Below, in pieces: positions 49,305 through 63,389 of a stretch of 64,000 nucleotides of DNA (position 1 is its first letter; each line of letters starts with the position of its first letter). Source of the stretch: Podarcis pityusensis (lineage: Eukaryota); the NCBI GenBank assembly GCA_964106645.2, contig OZ067041.1; one strand, written 5' to 3'. Under the pieces are notes generated by a model. It ran no database searches. It worked only from the letters and a program-made list of their open reading frames with translations, and was not told the origin of the DNA. A program made the translations under genes and the position numbers.

Positions 49305-50770
49305 AAAAAGTCTCATTCCTTAAATCTTTGAGCTTGTCATAGCACTGGAGGACATAGCAAAAGGGTCAAACTTGTTTTGATGGCAGGACGATGACCTGAT
49401 GAGGACAGTCTTTAAAACTTCTAATTTGAAATTGATGTAACCCACAAAGTAAATGTTCCTAGGAGATAAAGATGGATATTTGAAACTTATCTTTTGCAGT
49501 TTGCGCTAACCAAGATATTCACTCTATCTGCAGAATAAATTATGTAAAATAAGTCTCCTACCTACCAGTAAAACATCTAACAGCGTCGAAGACTGCACTT
49601 GAAATGTCTCTCTTTTAAAGAAGTGTTACTTCAAAGGGGTAATGATCAAAGTGTGCATAAATTCCCAAAGGATATGAGACTGTATGCACAGAAGGATTTT
49701 ACTCTAAACACCAACAATGAATGCTTAGTTATTTGGAATCTACTTATTTTATAATAGTCTCTATGTATGTAAAATGTCTTAATTTTGCTATGACAGCTTG
49801 ACTATATTCCCATAAGCTAAGTATTTCAAAACTGATCCTACATGTATTCACAGACAAGATGAAAGTGTTAATTCTAATTAAAATGATGTACAGTCCAATA
49901 GCATCCATAATAAGTCTTCATTTGGAAAAAGTTACAGAAATATTTTGATAACTTCCAATGTGGATCAAACATTTATGCTCCAATTGTTTTTTTTCACAAT
50001 CCATTCTATTTCTGGGACAATGCAATCTTTAACAGAATCTTTTGGGTTCTTGAATGTGTCTTTAAGAAATTGTACCTCAGAAGGCATTTGTATTTAAAGC
50101 AAAAATGTGTTTAAATATTCTTTTTTTATTTGGGGGTTTTGCTTGTGTTTTAGGCTGCGTGGTTCATAAATGTTAAAATACCAAAAATAAGACTGTAACA
50201 GTTATATAATGATAATAACTAGTATTATTATAAAATATTCCTACCTTATAATTTAGAACAGTGTTTCCAAACTGGGGGCCACCAGGATATTCCAAGTTTG
50301 TTTGTTGGTTTGTTTCCAACAGGAGGGGGCAATTGCTGAGGCTCCAGTTTTGACCACTGCTTGTAGCTGCTGCCAGTGCTGGGCCAGGTGGCAGCCTGGG
50401 CCTGACTCTGCAAGGCATGGGGTGCAATCCACCCCAGCGCCTAGCAAATCGGGGCCTTCAGATGTTGCTGAGGGGCACAGGGCCTGTCAGCAGCATCAGC
50501 CTAGCTCTGCTAGGTGCGGGGTGAAACCCACCGCAGTGCCTAGCTGAGCAGGGTGGTCTGGTGCTGCTGACTTGCATCTAGTAAATAACTGTCTACTCAG
50601 AAGAAAGCTGCACTGAGTTCAGTGGGCCTTATGCCCGGGTAAATTTGCATGGGGATATAGTGTTTTATCTAGGCAGCCAGGGCTCCTTCAGATGACAAGA
50701 TCTTTTGCACCAAGTCGGTGAGAACCACTTGCTTTTAAAAATTCTCCTATATATACAGAACTCCCTGTGC

Positions 50771-51080
50771 ACCCTCCAAGTGTCCCTATTTTCTAGGGAC
50801 AGATCTGGATTTACAGAAGTTGTCCCAGTTTCTGATGTGATCCTGGAATGTCCTGTTTTTCCTTAGGATGTCCCTATTTTTATTAGAAAAATATTGAAGG
50901 GTATGGAGTTATCCAACACCCGAGCCATCTGAAGGCAGCCCTATATAGGGAAGGGGTTTTGAATGTTTTGTTATGTTTTTGTCTATGTTGGAAGCCGCCC
51001 AGAGTGGTTGGGGTATAAATTGTAAAATTAGTATTATGGAATAGGACGTCCCTATTTTCATCAGAGAAATGTTGGAGGGT
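50771..51080. mobile_element. MITE-like repeat with ACCCTCCAA termini
   Basis: Inverted ends ACCCTCCAA/TTGGAGGGT, repeated GTCCCTATTTT units; shorter copy at 52872-53005. Confidence 0.7.
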
Positions 51081-51159
51081 ATGCTTTTGGACTGTGTCAA
51101 ATAACTGGGGTCAAATAAGTGTTGTTTACTTTTAAAATACATGGAAGATGGATCTCCCT

Positions 51160-51297
51160 CGGGAAGTTCTGGACTCTCCTTCCTTGAAGGTTTCTGAGCG
51201 GAGGTTATCATGGATGCTCTAGCTGAGTTTCCTACGTTGCAGGGGATTGCACTAGATAGATGACCCACGGGGTCCTTTCCAGCTCTATGATTCTATG
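51160..51297 (+). mobile_element. CR1 LINE, diverged 3' end
   Basis: GGACTCTCCTTCCTTGAAGGTTT...GGTCCTTTCCAGCTCTATGATTCTATG resembles the CR1 end at 8175-8315. Confidence 0.7.
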
Positions 51298-52871
51298 TTC
51301 TTCTGCTTCAACAATATTTCATTATTTTCCTATCATTTTATATAATTATATTTTGAATAAATTTAAAAAATTAAATAAAACATGTTCTATTTACAAACAA
51401 AACATTTAAATAGCTACCTTTCTACCAGTAGGAATGGGGTAGGGGGGCCACTGGAAAGAAACAAGGTCGGAAGGGGGCCACAGTCAAAATAAGCTTAGGA
51501 AACACTGATTTAGAACATAATGTGCAGAATCAAATAGTATTAAATTAATATTTTATCACAAATTTGTATTGTACGCAATACTTGAAGTGCTGGCTTCTTT
51601 GAAGATGGGAGATTAGGTTTTCTGGATTAAGGTCTACAGAAGTAATATAGAACTACACAGATTTGTGGAAGCATTGAGAAAATGTCATCGTTCAAACAGA
51701 ACTTCCTTGCCTTACAGCTTTGCCCAATCTAGTAATGATAGGTTGACATACTTCAGTGCAACATCCATATTTGGCTGGCATTACCAGCACAATGCCTCAA
51801 ATTGTGATCTGAACTGCGAAGAAGTCCTTTCACCATATGCTATTATGATGCCACAACTTGTTGAATTGAATTGTATGTGCTTTAAGAAAAATTATTAGCA
51901 AAATGTCATATTGGATTTATAAAAAATAGTGACACATATTTTGAAAAATAAATTGTGGGTTACCTGTATTATGTTTGGGCAAATCTACAATATATGAAAC
52001 AGATTATCCAATCTCAGTTCCTGTTGAATCAGCATCGCCTCTTCTCACCAAATGTAAAAATATTAAAATGTATCTTTGGGCCTGAATTATGATGAGGATG
52101 GCACTATGGAAGCATCATCAAGCAATGTGACCTTGATAATTTTCCATTAGTGTGAGCTGTTGATTTTATACATATGTAGTAGCTATTATATTTGAGCTCT
52201 CTGTGCATATAAATATGCTGAGTTTAAACAGCCAGTGCATGAAGCAAACCTGTCACAAGGCTTTATAGATCTGTTTTAAACATCAGTTTTATCAGCCATC
52301 TGACATTTGCATGTAAATGTATTGCACTGACATTTAAAAATAACTACTTACCCTGCAGAGTGCTGAAATTCCAAAATGCCTATAACTCAAGTTAGAGTTG
52401 AAATAAAATCTTTATAGATGATTGTTTAAAGTTGTGTGGCATAGCTGAAATCCGAATAAACTTTGAATCTTTTTTTACATTCTTTTGTATAATATTAATA
52501 CATAAAGTTAGTGCAATGTTAATAGATCAAGGAACAACTGGAGAAATGCATGTTTGTTCAAATATCAATACATAAAATTATAAATTATTGCACGGTATCC
52601 TAGCTTTTCAGTTCTGGCTATTAAATTCATAGGAAAAACATCTACGGTAATAAATTGGATCAAAAGGTGTGAGGAAGATCTTCCTTCATGGAGAAATGAA
52701 GAGTGGAAACACCACAGCAAACCCAAAATGCTAGAATTCCACATTGTCACACTTCACAGATATCCTCTAACAATGTGTGCTAATAACTTGGTGCCCTCCA
52801 GCCACATGGGGCCTTAATTCTGTGCATACTGCACATACCTATAAATCTGCAAAATAGCAACTGGCTTACAA

Positions 52872-53005
52872 ACCCTCCAAGTGTCCCTATTTTCCAGGGA
52901 CAGTCCCAAATTTACAGAAGCCATCCTGGCTTCTGATTTGATCCTGGAATGTCCCGCTTTTCCTTAGGAAGCCCCTATTTTCAACAGAGAAATGTTAGAT
53001 GTTAT
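52872..53005. mobile_element. MITE-like repeat (same family as 50771-51080)
   Basis: Aligns by eye with 50771-50905. Confidence 0.7.
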
Positions 53006-53583
53006 GAGCTTACAATGATAAGAATTAATACAGTGGGAGAGGGAGTTTATCCATTTCTTCCCCTTGTGTTGTCTTGATGAAGATCATTCTTTTGAAGAGG
53101 CTATTTGCATTTGGAAGAAAGACACATTTAACCTAACATTCTGTTTGCTACCACAATGTAACATTTCATAACAGAATCCCTGCAAATGTACACCATAACT
53201 GACCCAATCCAGCAATGGCTACCCATGTGAAGGGGTAGGATTCTGCACCCAGATCTTGGTAGATCAGGTCCCACACATGAAAGAATATGCAAAAACATTG
53301 ATCCATACTGGTTTTGTCCATATACAGATTCAATAACTAATAGTTGGTTTTGGTTGGCTTTGACAATACTGACCACTTGTTCGGAAGAAAGTTGAAAACG
53401 TAGGAAAGTCCCTTTTTCCTGTTAATAGATGACCAACCTTGTCAAGACTGATTTCACAACTGGGTAATAAATATAGGTACGCATCTTCATGTGCATGCTA
53501 TGTATATTAGTGATGGGTGAATTCCTCTGAACTCAGTTCAGAACTGGGTCAACAGTCAGAAGCTTCAGTCTCAATTCATAATA

Positions 53584-53824
53584 CAGTGGTACCTCGGTTA
53601 AGTACTTAATTCGTTCCGGAGGTCCGTACTTAACCTGAAACTGTTCTTAACCTGAAGCACCACTTTAGCTAATAGGGCCTCCTGCTGCCGCTGCGCCACC
53701 AGAGCCCAATTTCTGTTCTTATCCTGAAGCAAAGTTCTTAACCTGAAGCACTATTTCTGGCTTAGTGGAGTGTGTAACCTGAAGCGTATGTAACCTGAAG
53801 TGTATGTAACCCGAGGTACCACTG
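53584..53824. mobile_element. Tc1/mariner (pogo/Tigger-like) MITE, opposite orientation to 7618-7846
   Basis: Perfect TIR CAGTGGTACCTCGG/CCGAGGTACCACTG; TA on both sides; internal TAACCTGAAG repeats. Confidence 0.88.
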
Positions 53825-55020
53825 TACTCTGAAATATAGGCAAATATCGGCAAATCTGTATTTCAAAATAAAATTACTAACTTCAGCAACAATGCATTCC
53901 GGTGCATAAAGCACTGTATTTTTTTTTTTCATAAAACTGCAGTGGCCAAGATCCTATTGCTATGTGTTCCCAGAGGACCTCTGAGTCCTTGGGCTAACCT
54001 TAAGTTGTCACTTGGATCCTGATAATCAGGTGCCCAAAATAAAATTTGGCATTATAAAATGAAAATATGTATGTAGGAAATATAGGTTTAGTTCAATAAA
54101 TACCAAATAAAGAACAAGTTGGCTTAAAAAATGAAGCACCTGAAAGATTCTCTTTTGATGGTTATCCCAAAGCCTCACAGAAATTCCTCTCTATCTTCTA
54201 TAACCTGGTTTTTTCTTTTGCATTTAAACATAGAAAATATGTTGCATTGAGAATGCAACAACTCCCTCAGGAAAGCACTCTAACAGCAGTCAGTATTCAG
54301 TTATTCACCATGTGTCTGCTGTGAGAAATGTTTATCACCCTTCTCCCTTAGGTAGCAGTGGCTTTCTCTCTTCTAAAAGAATGTATACTGGTCAGTGTAT
54401 TTCTAATTCTCTCAGAACAGTCATTTGCATATCAAAGGCCTGGTATGAGTAAACATACTTCATGGTTCCATCTGTGATTTCATTCCCCATTGAGACCTAA
54501 AATAAGAACAGAGTACTAGTGAGGGAATGTTTGTCCTTCAAGTCCATACTGTTTTTCTTTTGAATTTTGCAGCAAGCTATTTCACATTTCATTTGTTGCA
54601 AAGACTTTGCAGGAACCTCTTTCTGCTTGTAGCAGGTTTAAATAAAATAAGGACCATGGAAATATGTCCGAAGTAAAATTAAAAAGAAACACAGCTGTTG
54701 GAATGGGATAAAGCAATTTCTAACTTGCTTCCTACAACTGTAGAATGTTATAACAAATTATTTTACTTATGGGAAGAATGAGAAGAAAAAAGAGAAAGAA
54801 AGAGATGCAATTTCATTTTTGCTTAATTCTAGTTAAGATTCTTCAAGATTCCTTAAGATTCTTTATTCTTTATTCTTTATTCAGCAATATACATGCTTAC
54901 TCAAAAGTAAGTTACACTGTATTCAGTGGGGCTTACTCTGCAGTAAATGTGTTTAAGTTTGTAGCATAGATTTTATTGCAGCATAAATTGTAGAATAATT
55001 TGTCAGAAACAAAAGTTGGT

Positions 55021-55046
55021 ATTCATTCATTCATTCATTCATTCAT
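55021..55046. repeat. (ATTC)n microsatellite
   Basis: Direct reading. Confidence 0.9.
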
Positions 55047-55515
55047 TTGGACTTGAGCCCTTATGGAACAGGATATTTATGTTTCATTTTCCCAGACAAT
55101 TAGGAGATATATAATGCTTTATTGGAAAAATAAACTATGTAGTTATGACTGTATTAGGAGCTGTAATGTTATTTGGAAAAGTCAATCAAATACACTTTGA
55201 TTAAAACCTACGTATTGCAACACTAGTTTTTATGTGCACTTCTACAATTAATTACTGAAACAGAAAGTTATTAATAGTTTTTTCCTCTTGTATTTGCCAT
55301 CCTTCAGTTTTTCCGCTGTTGAGTATACTGCAGAAAATTTTCATGGGAACTGACTTTCCAGAGACAGAATTGATTAAACTAAGAATTTGCTTTGAAGAGG
55401 TTGAACAGTCATATCCCTGAAAGAAACCAAGTCTGTTCACTACTTATTTGTATGTGTGCATTTATTAAAATATGTGGAATTACAATTCCTCACAACCTGA
55501 CATTAAGGTGTAGTT

Positions 55516-55957
55516 TGTTAGGATCGTCCTACTCTCGTGTAGGACCCTGGTAGAGACACATGCCCGACTGGCATGTTCGTTCCCTCCTGGTAGATCGTTC
55601 GGGAGCTTCGAAAGCTTTCTTCAGCCAGGACATCACAGCGACTGATACCAAGAGGCAGCAGCACACTTAGGATCCTGCATAGTATTGGCGGTTCGTGTAA
55701 CAGACTCAATAGCTCAGCATCTTGGCTAATCTACTTTATTTACATATAATACACTCAGAGCATTTTGCCTTAGCTCCTTCCTCTTTCTCATCATACAGCA
55801 AAGAGAGAAAGAAAAACTACAATAGTCCTACTTCACGGAACACAGTAACACAAAACATCCTGTCTTCGTCACTTCCCACTCTGTGGAATGAAAACATACA
55901 ATGTCATGTGATAAACAACAATCCCATGACTGCAAAGATGCAGCAAGAATCCTAACA
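55516..55957. mobile_element. Probable solo LTR of a second, unrelated LTR family (442 bp)
   Basis: Termini TGTTAGGAT...ATCCTAACA (9-bp inverted repeat, TG/CA ends), locally CpG-rich, minus-strand AATAAA near 55735-55740; flanks TAGTT/GAGCT are not a clean TSD. Confidence 0.6.
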
Positions 55958-56378
55958 GAGCTATGGGGTTGGGAACTAGGGAGAATTTATTTTCCTTCTG
56001 CCTTCAGTTGTCCACCTGTTTAGACAGAACCTGTTAGGGAGTGGGACCATGATTAGTTAGGAACAAACTTCAGGTTATGCTTAATACACAACATGCAGCT
56101 AAATCACTTGTGGTATTTTCTTAAATTAATTATCTCCACAGAAGGAAAGGTTGCTATCAGGACCATACCCTGCAGGTAGGGAAGACATATTTCACTGCTC
56201 CCTTGCCATACGCTCTACCCCAACGATCACACCCTGCATAGCTATAAGACTCAGTAACAAAGTGTCCATTGATGTCAATAGGAACATTTTTATTAAGCCT
56301 CATAGCTGGGCAAGGCCAGTTCTTTTTTTGGGGGGGGGGGGTCACAGCTGAAGAGGAAAGGAATAAGCATATGCAGTC

Positions 56379-56418
<40 letters not shown>

Positions 56419-56751
56419 TTATTTGTTCCCCAGCCACTCTGGATGGCTTCCAACAAAGATTAAAAATACATTAAAATGTCACACATTAAAAACTTCCCTG
56501 AACAGGGCTGCCTTCAGATGTCTTCTAAATGTCAGGGAGTTGTTTATCTCTTTGACATCTGATGGAAGGGCGTTCCATAGGGCGGGCACCACTACTGAGA
56601 AGGCCCTCTGCCTGGTTCCCTGTAACTTTGCTTCTCGCAGTGAGGGAACCGCCAGAAGGCCCTCAGCGCTGAACCTCAGCGTCCGGGCAGACCGATGGGG
56701 GTGCAGACGCTCCCTCAGGTATACTGGGCCGAGGCCGTTTAGAGCTTTAAA
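56379..56751 (-). mobile_element. L2 LINE 3' fragment with (TAT)n tail
   Basis: FKALNGLGPVYLRERL...RAFSVVVPALWNALPSDV...FRRHLKAALF is an L2-type ORF2 C-terminus; trinucleotide tail at 56379-56416. Confidence 0.85.
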
Positions 56752-59700
56752 CGAGTCTCCCTCTCCACAGCTGACCATAATGTGTAGTTTGACCCTTAGT
56801 CTCAAGGTGATACCCACAGAAACAGCAACAAGACAGGCTCCACTTTCCTGTCGCCATTGTCAGTAAAGCCACAAGTATTGGAGAGCAGCAGTAACATAGG
56901 ATCCATCTCATTCCTTGTCCTAGCCAAAGTTATACGGGCCAAGTTTGTAGGCAGTGGTGGGCAGAAGAAACATCCCTAATCTGCTGGGTGTCTGTGCTGA
57001 GAGCACACATGAGGGCACCTGAACACATCTGGACTTTTCATCACTTTCTTATCTGCTGGGTCAACATAAAAAGTTGAAAGCAGGTTTCAAGCACTGCAAA
57101 CCCCAGCAAGGTTCAAGAGAATTTTCAAACTGTGCAAGCTTCAGCAATATATCTATTATATTAACTGTGACATGCAAATCCATTCAGCTCTACTGTTTTT
57201 GCAGATTTATTTTACTTTTAAGCAAAAGGGCAGCTTGCACAGGGGAGAAGACAACAGAGGAAAGCAAGAGAGAGATTCATTATGGATACGCTTGGGATGA
57301 AGCCACACTCCAAATCGGAATTTGGAAGCTTCGAAGCTCACAAATCATCAGAATCCATGGGAAAAAGATATATTGTGTTCTGTGACCTCATTGCCCTCCA
57401 ACAGCACTGTTCCAGAAGGAGACCAGCTGTCACTGGCTGGGTTCCCATTAAGCTGCTCAGTGGCAGCTGCAGACAGCACAACAAAGGCTTAATGGGGCTT
57501 CAAATATTAATTCCCATTTTAATATTTTCTATAGTATCTGGTTTTTTTCTAGGATACCATGTTGGTATGCTTAACCTCTTGAAACACAAATGAATGGTGC
57601 CAATTCCATGTAGCAAGCTGGATCTTTTTGTTTGCTTGTTTGTTTGGAGGCTGCTTTCCATTATGGTTATCATTTGACATAGTGGGCAGGGTGGAGACAG
57701 CACAGTCCTTTTAATGGCCTGGATATTTGTTGGTAGACAAAAGGGGTTAAAGTCACACATACACACATACACACAAAGCCTGGCATATGTCTAGATTTTA
57801 ATTTGTGTACTGTATCTCTGTGTGTTGATTTTGTTTGTGTCACCTTTGCAAATGCTCTGGACTGGAAGAGAGTCAGAAGCGTGTGTTTGCATTCATCCAC
57901 ATGGTGTTAGAATGCGCACACAGAATTGGAAATGGTTGTGCCTTTCACCTGGCCATTGTCTGAGTCTTAATCTGCACCTTCCCAAACTGGGCTAGGAGGA
58001 GGAGCAGCAAGAAGGAGCCTAGTTCACAATAGCATCTTTGCTTTTTTCTAGGCATCATGAAGAATAGCAACACAGCACTGCTGGGTGGTAGGAGGAGGTG
58101 GCTGAATGGTGTGTGGCAACTCAGGGCTTGCCCACACTTCCGCTTGTCATGCCTCCTCCCCCTGGGGAAGCCTACTCTTTACAGTTGAATCAGAACAAAT
58201 ATCAATCAAGTTTTCGTAGGATTGACATTTGCTCCAATTCAGCAGTAAAGAACAGGTTTTTCCAGGGTAAGTAGTAGGGCAAACAGAAAACGATTCTGAC
58301 ATATGCTTTTTAGGCACAGAACAAGTGAAGTGTGGGTCAGCCCTCAGAGCCATACTGGTTGGCTGATTGGCTTTTTGTTTTTGTTTTTATTATTCACATG
58401 GGGTAAGATCAGCCTGAAGAAAGCAAGGAGTTACAGGCAGGAGCCACTGGCTTAAACAACAGAAGAATTGCAGGCCAACCGGCATGGGGCAGCAACAAAG
58501 AGCCTGTAGAATGGGTTGCTAGCCCATTCTTCTTCAGCATAAATGGCCAATATGCAGGCTCTCAGCTTGGAGTTGTGTTGAATCGCAGCTGGCTCCCTTG
58601 GCTACATGTATGAGACTATTTAGAAAACTGGTGAATGGGAGCTTTCACTTCTCAGAATTACAAAGCAGACGAAGATTGCCATCTATGTATGGGATCAGAG
58701 TCAAGCTGAAGCTTGGAATTTGAATTCTGACAGATATCTGGATCTAATAACTCTACCGAACAGCCTCCAAGCAGCAGGGGGGGAAATGCAGTTGGAAGTG
58801 GAGAAGCAGGTAGAAGAGTTTTCCCTAATTCACAACCAATTCTCCCTGCAGTCCTCTTTTCATGTTCTTCTCTCTCAGTTGCGCTTACCATATTATAAGT
58901 AAAAATGGTGGAAGGAAGGAAAGGGATATGATTTGGGACATAGGGAAAAGAAGAAGGGTTAAATACCCAAGCATTTGTTATTTCAAATTGCATCCTGCTG
59001 CTGCTTTGCAACAATTCAGTGGAAACTCATGTTCTGAAAATTAGTGTTCTAACCCTGGGAGATAGCACTGTATATTGCTGATTACTGTAAGAGCACCCCA
59101 GGAAGAAGCAGAAAAGGTAGCCGGGAAAGAGAATTTTAAAAAGAAGAGAATTCACAATATACTCTCGGCAGCTATTTACAGAATTGACTCCTGAACTCAA
59201 TTTGTTTGCATTTTAAGTGTGAATCAGTCTCAATGAGCTGAAAGATGCAACCTCCACCCCAACAAAATCAGATTCTTAACATATCCCTTTCACCCATGGC
59301 TAAGCAATCATGCAAACATTAACAGGGTTTCTGCTGCACAATACCTGAAATACAAGTTGCAGAAATTCCTAGTGAAGCATAGTGATGTGTATATTAGGCA
59401 GACAGTAAAGTACAGGCATGTAATTGAAGCACTACAGAATTGTTTGTATACTGGATAACTTGTTAGTCCATTCCACATACCTGTGAACAATGAACACATG
59501 TGGAAGAGGAGCATCGCAATATCAGAAGTGTTTTTTTCAAGTTGGCAGATATAACTGTCCCCACCCTGCAAAAGTCAGAACCAGAGCCCACTTTTTCACC
59601 ATCCCACAATTGTGAATCATGACAATTTGATTACTTATTCAGTATCTTTGGGTCTATTTTCAGTCTCTGCTATCAGCTGAAAGTCTGTAGACATATATAT

Positions 59701-62700
59701 CCAATCAGCAATTGTCATGTGCTGCTAGATGCCAGTACCTTCCATCATAGATAGCTTTTAGCAAGACCCACTGAAAATAGCCTGGAAGGATGTCATCACC
59801 AAGTGAACTCTATTCAGCCCCTTTTCCTTGTGACTAAAAACACCTAGCCAATCTGGAGTCATTTGCATGAAAATGCCCCTTACAGACACATGCAACCAAT
59901 TGTGTTGGTGGTGAAGCCCCAACTTCCCCCAGAGCCTTTGTGGAGCATTCAACTGGCTCTGGACTCAGTCACTTGCTCTGTCCCCCACTCCCCCCACACC
60001 TATAAGCAGGAGTGCAATGTGCCATGAAGGGAAAGAGCAGTTTCAAATTTGAGATATAGAAATGGACACAAGTTTTCATTCTTGGTGGCATCGCAACAAG
60101 ATTTTTACTATTCCTTCTTTAGGAAAGGTGAAAAGTCCTAGGATAAAACAGCAATACTGCTTAAGTTTATTGCAGCCTAAATGTTTCACCTTAGAGGTTA
60201 GCATTGGAAGACTATTCAATGGTTCTAGGAAGCTGACACTTTATAAGGTCAATAGTGTTATGGAACTGGGCTTACCAAAAGGGACATCTGGGCTCTTTGA
60301 ATTTGTTTTTCTGTTGGTTGTGTCAAGACCAGAAAGAATTCTACCAAGACTACCTCTGTTTCAGTATTGATTTAACCTGCAGCTGAAGGGTATAGGAGCT
60401 GAGAATTTCTAATTTAACAGGAGGTTTGACTGAGTACAAAGACAAATAATACAAACTGACTTACTGGAGAAATTATAGCTTCCATGGCATGAAAAAGTCA
60501 TAAAAACAAAAAGGACAAGGCAAAAATACTGGGTTTTTCTAACAATAATATAGGATTAGTGCAGGGAAGCAGGAAGGGGCAAATTTAGACTCTCTTGATC
60601 CCAAACTACTGTAGAGCAGCACACAGATAAACAGTGATTACAAAGTCAAAGAGTTTGCCAAAGTATCATTGCTTTACTGGATGAGATAGTTGAAAGTGTT
60701 CTTGCACAAACCCCATAGAAATGAATGAAAGCTGTGCATGGGCATAGTCATATATTTCATAGTAATTTATTCTGCACCTTTAACTTTGTCCATCCATAGC
60801 TGAAGCTGCCATAAAACCAATGCTAAGAACTCCCCCCCCCCCCCGGTATTCCAAGAGTTACAAAAATGCTTATGTATTTGGGTTAACGTAATTCTAACAC
60901 AATTTATATTTAAAACCCATGTAAAACTTTCACCCAAATGTTGTTGCTCACATTCCCTGAGTATATGCCTGAAATTCCCAATGTCATCTGGTACATCTGA
61001 AATGTAGTCTCTTAAATCCAGTCTGTTCATTTTGTCAAGTGTCCAATAAACTTGTGGAATATTCTGCACTCTATCAAGCTTCACACATCACCTCTTATTG
61101 TGCAGTTCTTTCCCCAGTCCTGTGAATTAATTTCTGGCCTTGTTTTCTCATAGATCTGAAAATAGCATAACAAGTACTTGACAAAACTTCAAATATTTGC
61201 TCTATTTTTCTTATTTATTAACTACATTGGTTAAAACTTGTCTCAAATACATATCTCACAACTTTAAGTTCTTATTCCATCATTTTTATACTGCTCCTCA
61301 GTGCTAAAAGTTGCCATTGTGATGTAATAAGAACCTTGGTTAAAATGATTTTCCTCCAGTTATTTCAGTATAATCCTTGACCTTTTATTTTAATGGTAAA
61401 TTTCCCCAGATATATGTGTATGTTCTTGGATATGATTTTGATATGTGCTGAGATTTTATCTGCGCTATCCACTGTGGCCTGGTTATTGTTTTTGTTGATT
61501 GTAAAGTTTACCATTAGTATTAAGAGAGCTTCCCCTGGGTTGCTAGTTTCTATGATGAAGTTTTCTTTCCTTACCCAAGGCATTAATTTTTCATGTTTGC
61601 TCTGTACTGTTATATTCAGCAGTGAAATTCATTTGGCATATTCTCAGACTGCTGGATAACCAATAATCTACTGTTTTGTAAGGGACTATTGCAATTCCCA
61701 CTAAAGTTAAATTATGTCTTTCTGCTAATAACAATTGGAGTCAGAGGTAGTCTTCATAAAGAATAAAAACTAATTTTAATCCTTTCAGTAAACAGGAACT
61801 TCTAAATGATTTTCTCCAAGACTTGCACTGCCTGCTTAACACTATTATTTGAAATGGATATGCTCAAATATATATACACAATATATCAGTCACTATTCCC
61901 TTTAGTTGTAACATTACAGAATACATATAGAAAGTTAGCAACTGTTAGCAGATTTTAAGGGTGGGGAAGAGAACTCAAAACAATAATCTATTCCCAGTTT
62001 CATTTCTATCTGTGTTCCTGTTGTTCTGAACCACAGACATCCTAGAAATGTACCTTAAATCACTCCTTTGTGTTGAGCAACAAACTAGCCAATAGGTAAT
62101 AATGTGATTCAGACATACAGTGACCCACATGAATAGGTGCTCATAACACAGTAATGAGGCTTGACCTTCCCAGTGGTACGGCATTTATTGAGCAAAACAG
62201 TGAGTATGCATTTTAAGGTAAGCAGGCCATTTCAGATCTAAAGTGCACTGATGTGACTATAATACACCTAAACCAATGGCTTGTTTGACCACACCACACA
62301 TTGAAACCATATCCCACCCCCACCCCCACCCCTGAAAAATACTGTAGTTTGTTAAGGATGCTGGGGATTGTAGATCTGTAAGTGGTAAACTACATTTCCC
62401 ACTATTCTTTTTTTGGGGGGTGCACTTTAGCTGTATTCTGTGTACACAGCCTTAGTGCTACTAATTTTGGGGACTTCCCTGGTGTAATGATATGAAGGAT
62501 TAAAGTCCAGGTGTCCAACATAGACCCAGGGTGTTTTGTTTTTTTGTTTGCTTGCCTGTTTCTATGCTACAATAGTTTCTATAAGTATGGTTTTGTGAAG
62601 TGGGTTATACTTTAGAAACTGATAATTTCCCCCTTTGCTCTTTTCTTTCATTTTCTTGTACCACCACTTTTTTCTTTTTTTAAAAAAAGAAAAGAAAAGT

Positions 62701-63250
62701 TGTATATGGGCTTATTGAGATAGAATAAGAATTTTCATACTTGTGTCACAGTAAATGTGCATTTGCCACACTGTATCTATCCTGGCTGAAAGTATAATGA
62801 GATAATTAAGCCAGTGGCAGATTTGCAGATTTGGGGCCCTGAAATTTGAACTGTTATTGAGGGCCTTTCACAATCAGCAACAAGGTGTGGGTAACCACTG
62901 TTAAAATTCAATGCCTGGTTTAAGAATTGTTGAAGTTTAATTTACATCAAATGTTTTAATTTTTTTAATGTATTGTATTTAGGTTGTTGTAAAAGAAGCT
63001 TTAGGGACATAGCCAGTATCCTTCCACCGGGAGTGGTAGACTACCTTGTGATTAAGCCTTGTGACTACATCACAAGTGTTAGGTCTGTGACACAACAGGA
63101 AAACTGTAATTTGAGTACCTTATCAGTGTTTGTACATGTAAATTGAGGTTGCTTGCAACACAGAGCTGCACGTAGTCAGTTGCCAGCATGCAGGAGAAAG
63201 CGACAGATGCAGTATGTGCTTTTTCGCAGAGAAGCTACAATTTAGCAAAG

Positions 63251-63389
63251 ATCATAGAATTGTTGAATTGTAGAGTTGGAAGGGACCACAAGGGTCATCA
63301 TCCTTGCATGCAGGAATCTTTTGCCCAGCATGGGACTTGAACCCATGACCTTGACAGTAGAAGTCTCATGGTCCACCAACTAAGCTATC
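63251..63389 (-). mobile_element. tRNA-Lys-derived SINE with CR1-type 3' tail
   Basis: Minus strand GATAGCTTAGTTGGTGGACCATGAGACTT...GGGTTCAAGTCCCATGCTGGGC resembles tRNA-Lys(CTT); followed by the CR1 end GGTCCCTTCCAACTCTAC...ATTCTATGAT. Confidence 0.7.

Larger units (their letters stand above)
50259..51507. mobile_element. Non-autonomous hAT (Charlie-like) element containing nested insertions
   Basis: TIR CAGTGTTTCC/GGAAACACTG; perfect 8-bp TSD ATTTAGAA at 50251-50258 and 51508-51515 (TA at positions 4-5). Confidence 0.85.

Noticed and set aside
49385-49430. CTGATGA as a hammerhead ribozyme core
   Set aside because: No properly placed GAAA or closing stems.
63320-63389. Functional tRNA-Lys gene
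   Set aside because: Many substitutions in stems and anticodon arm, and fused to a CR1 tail; treated as a SINE head.
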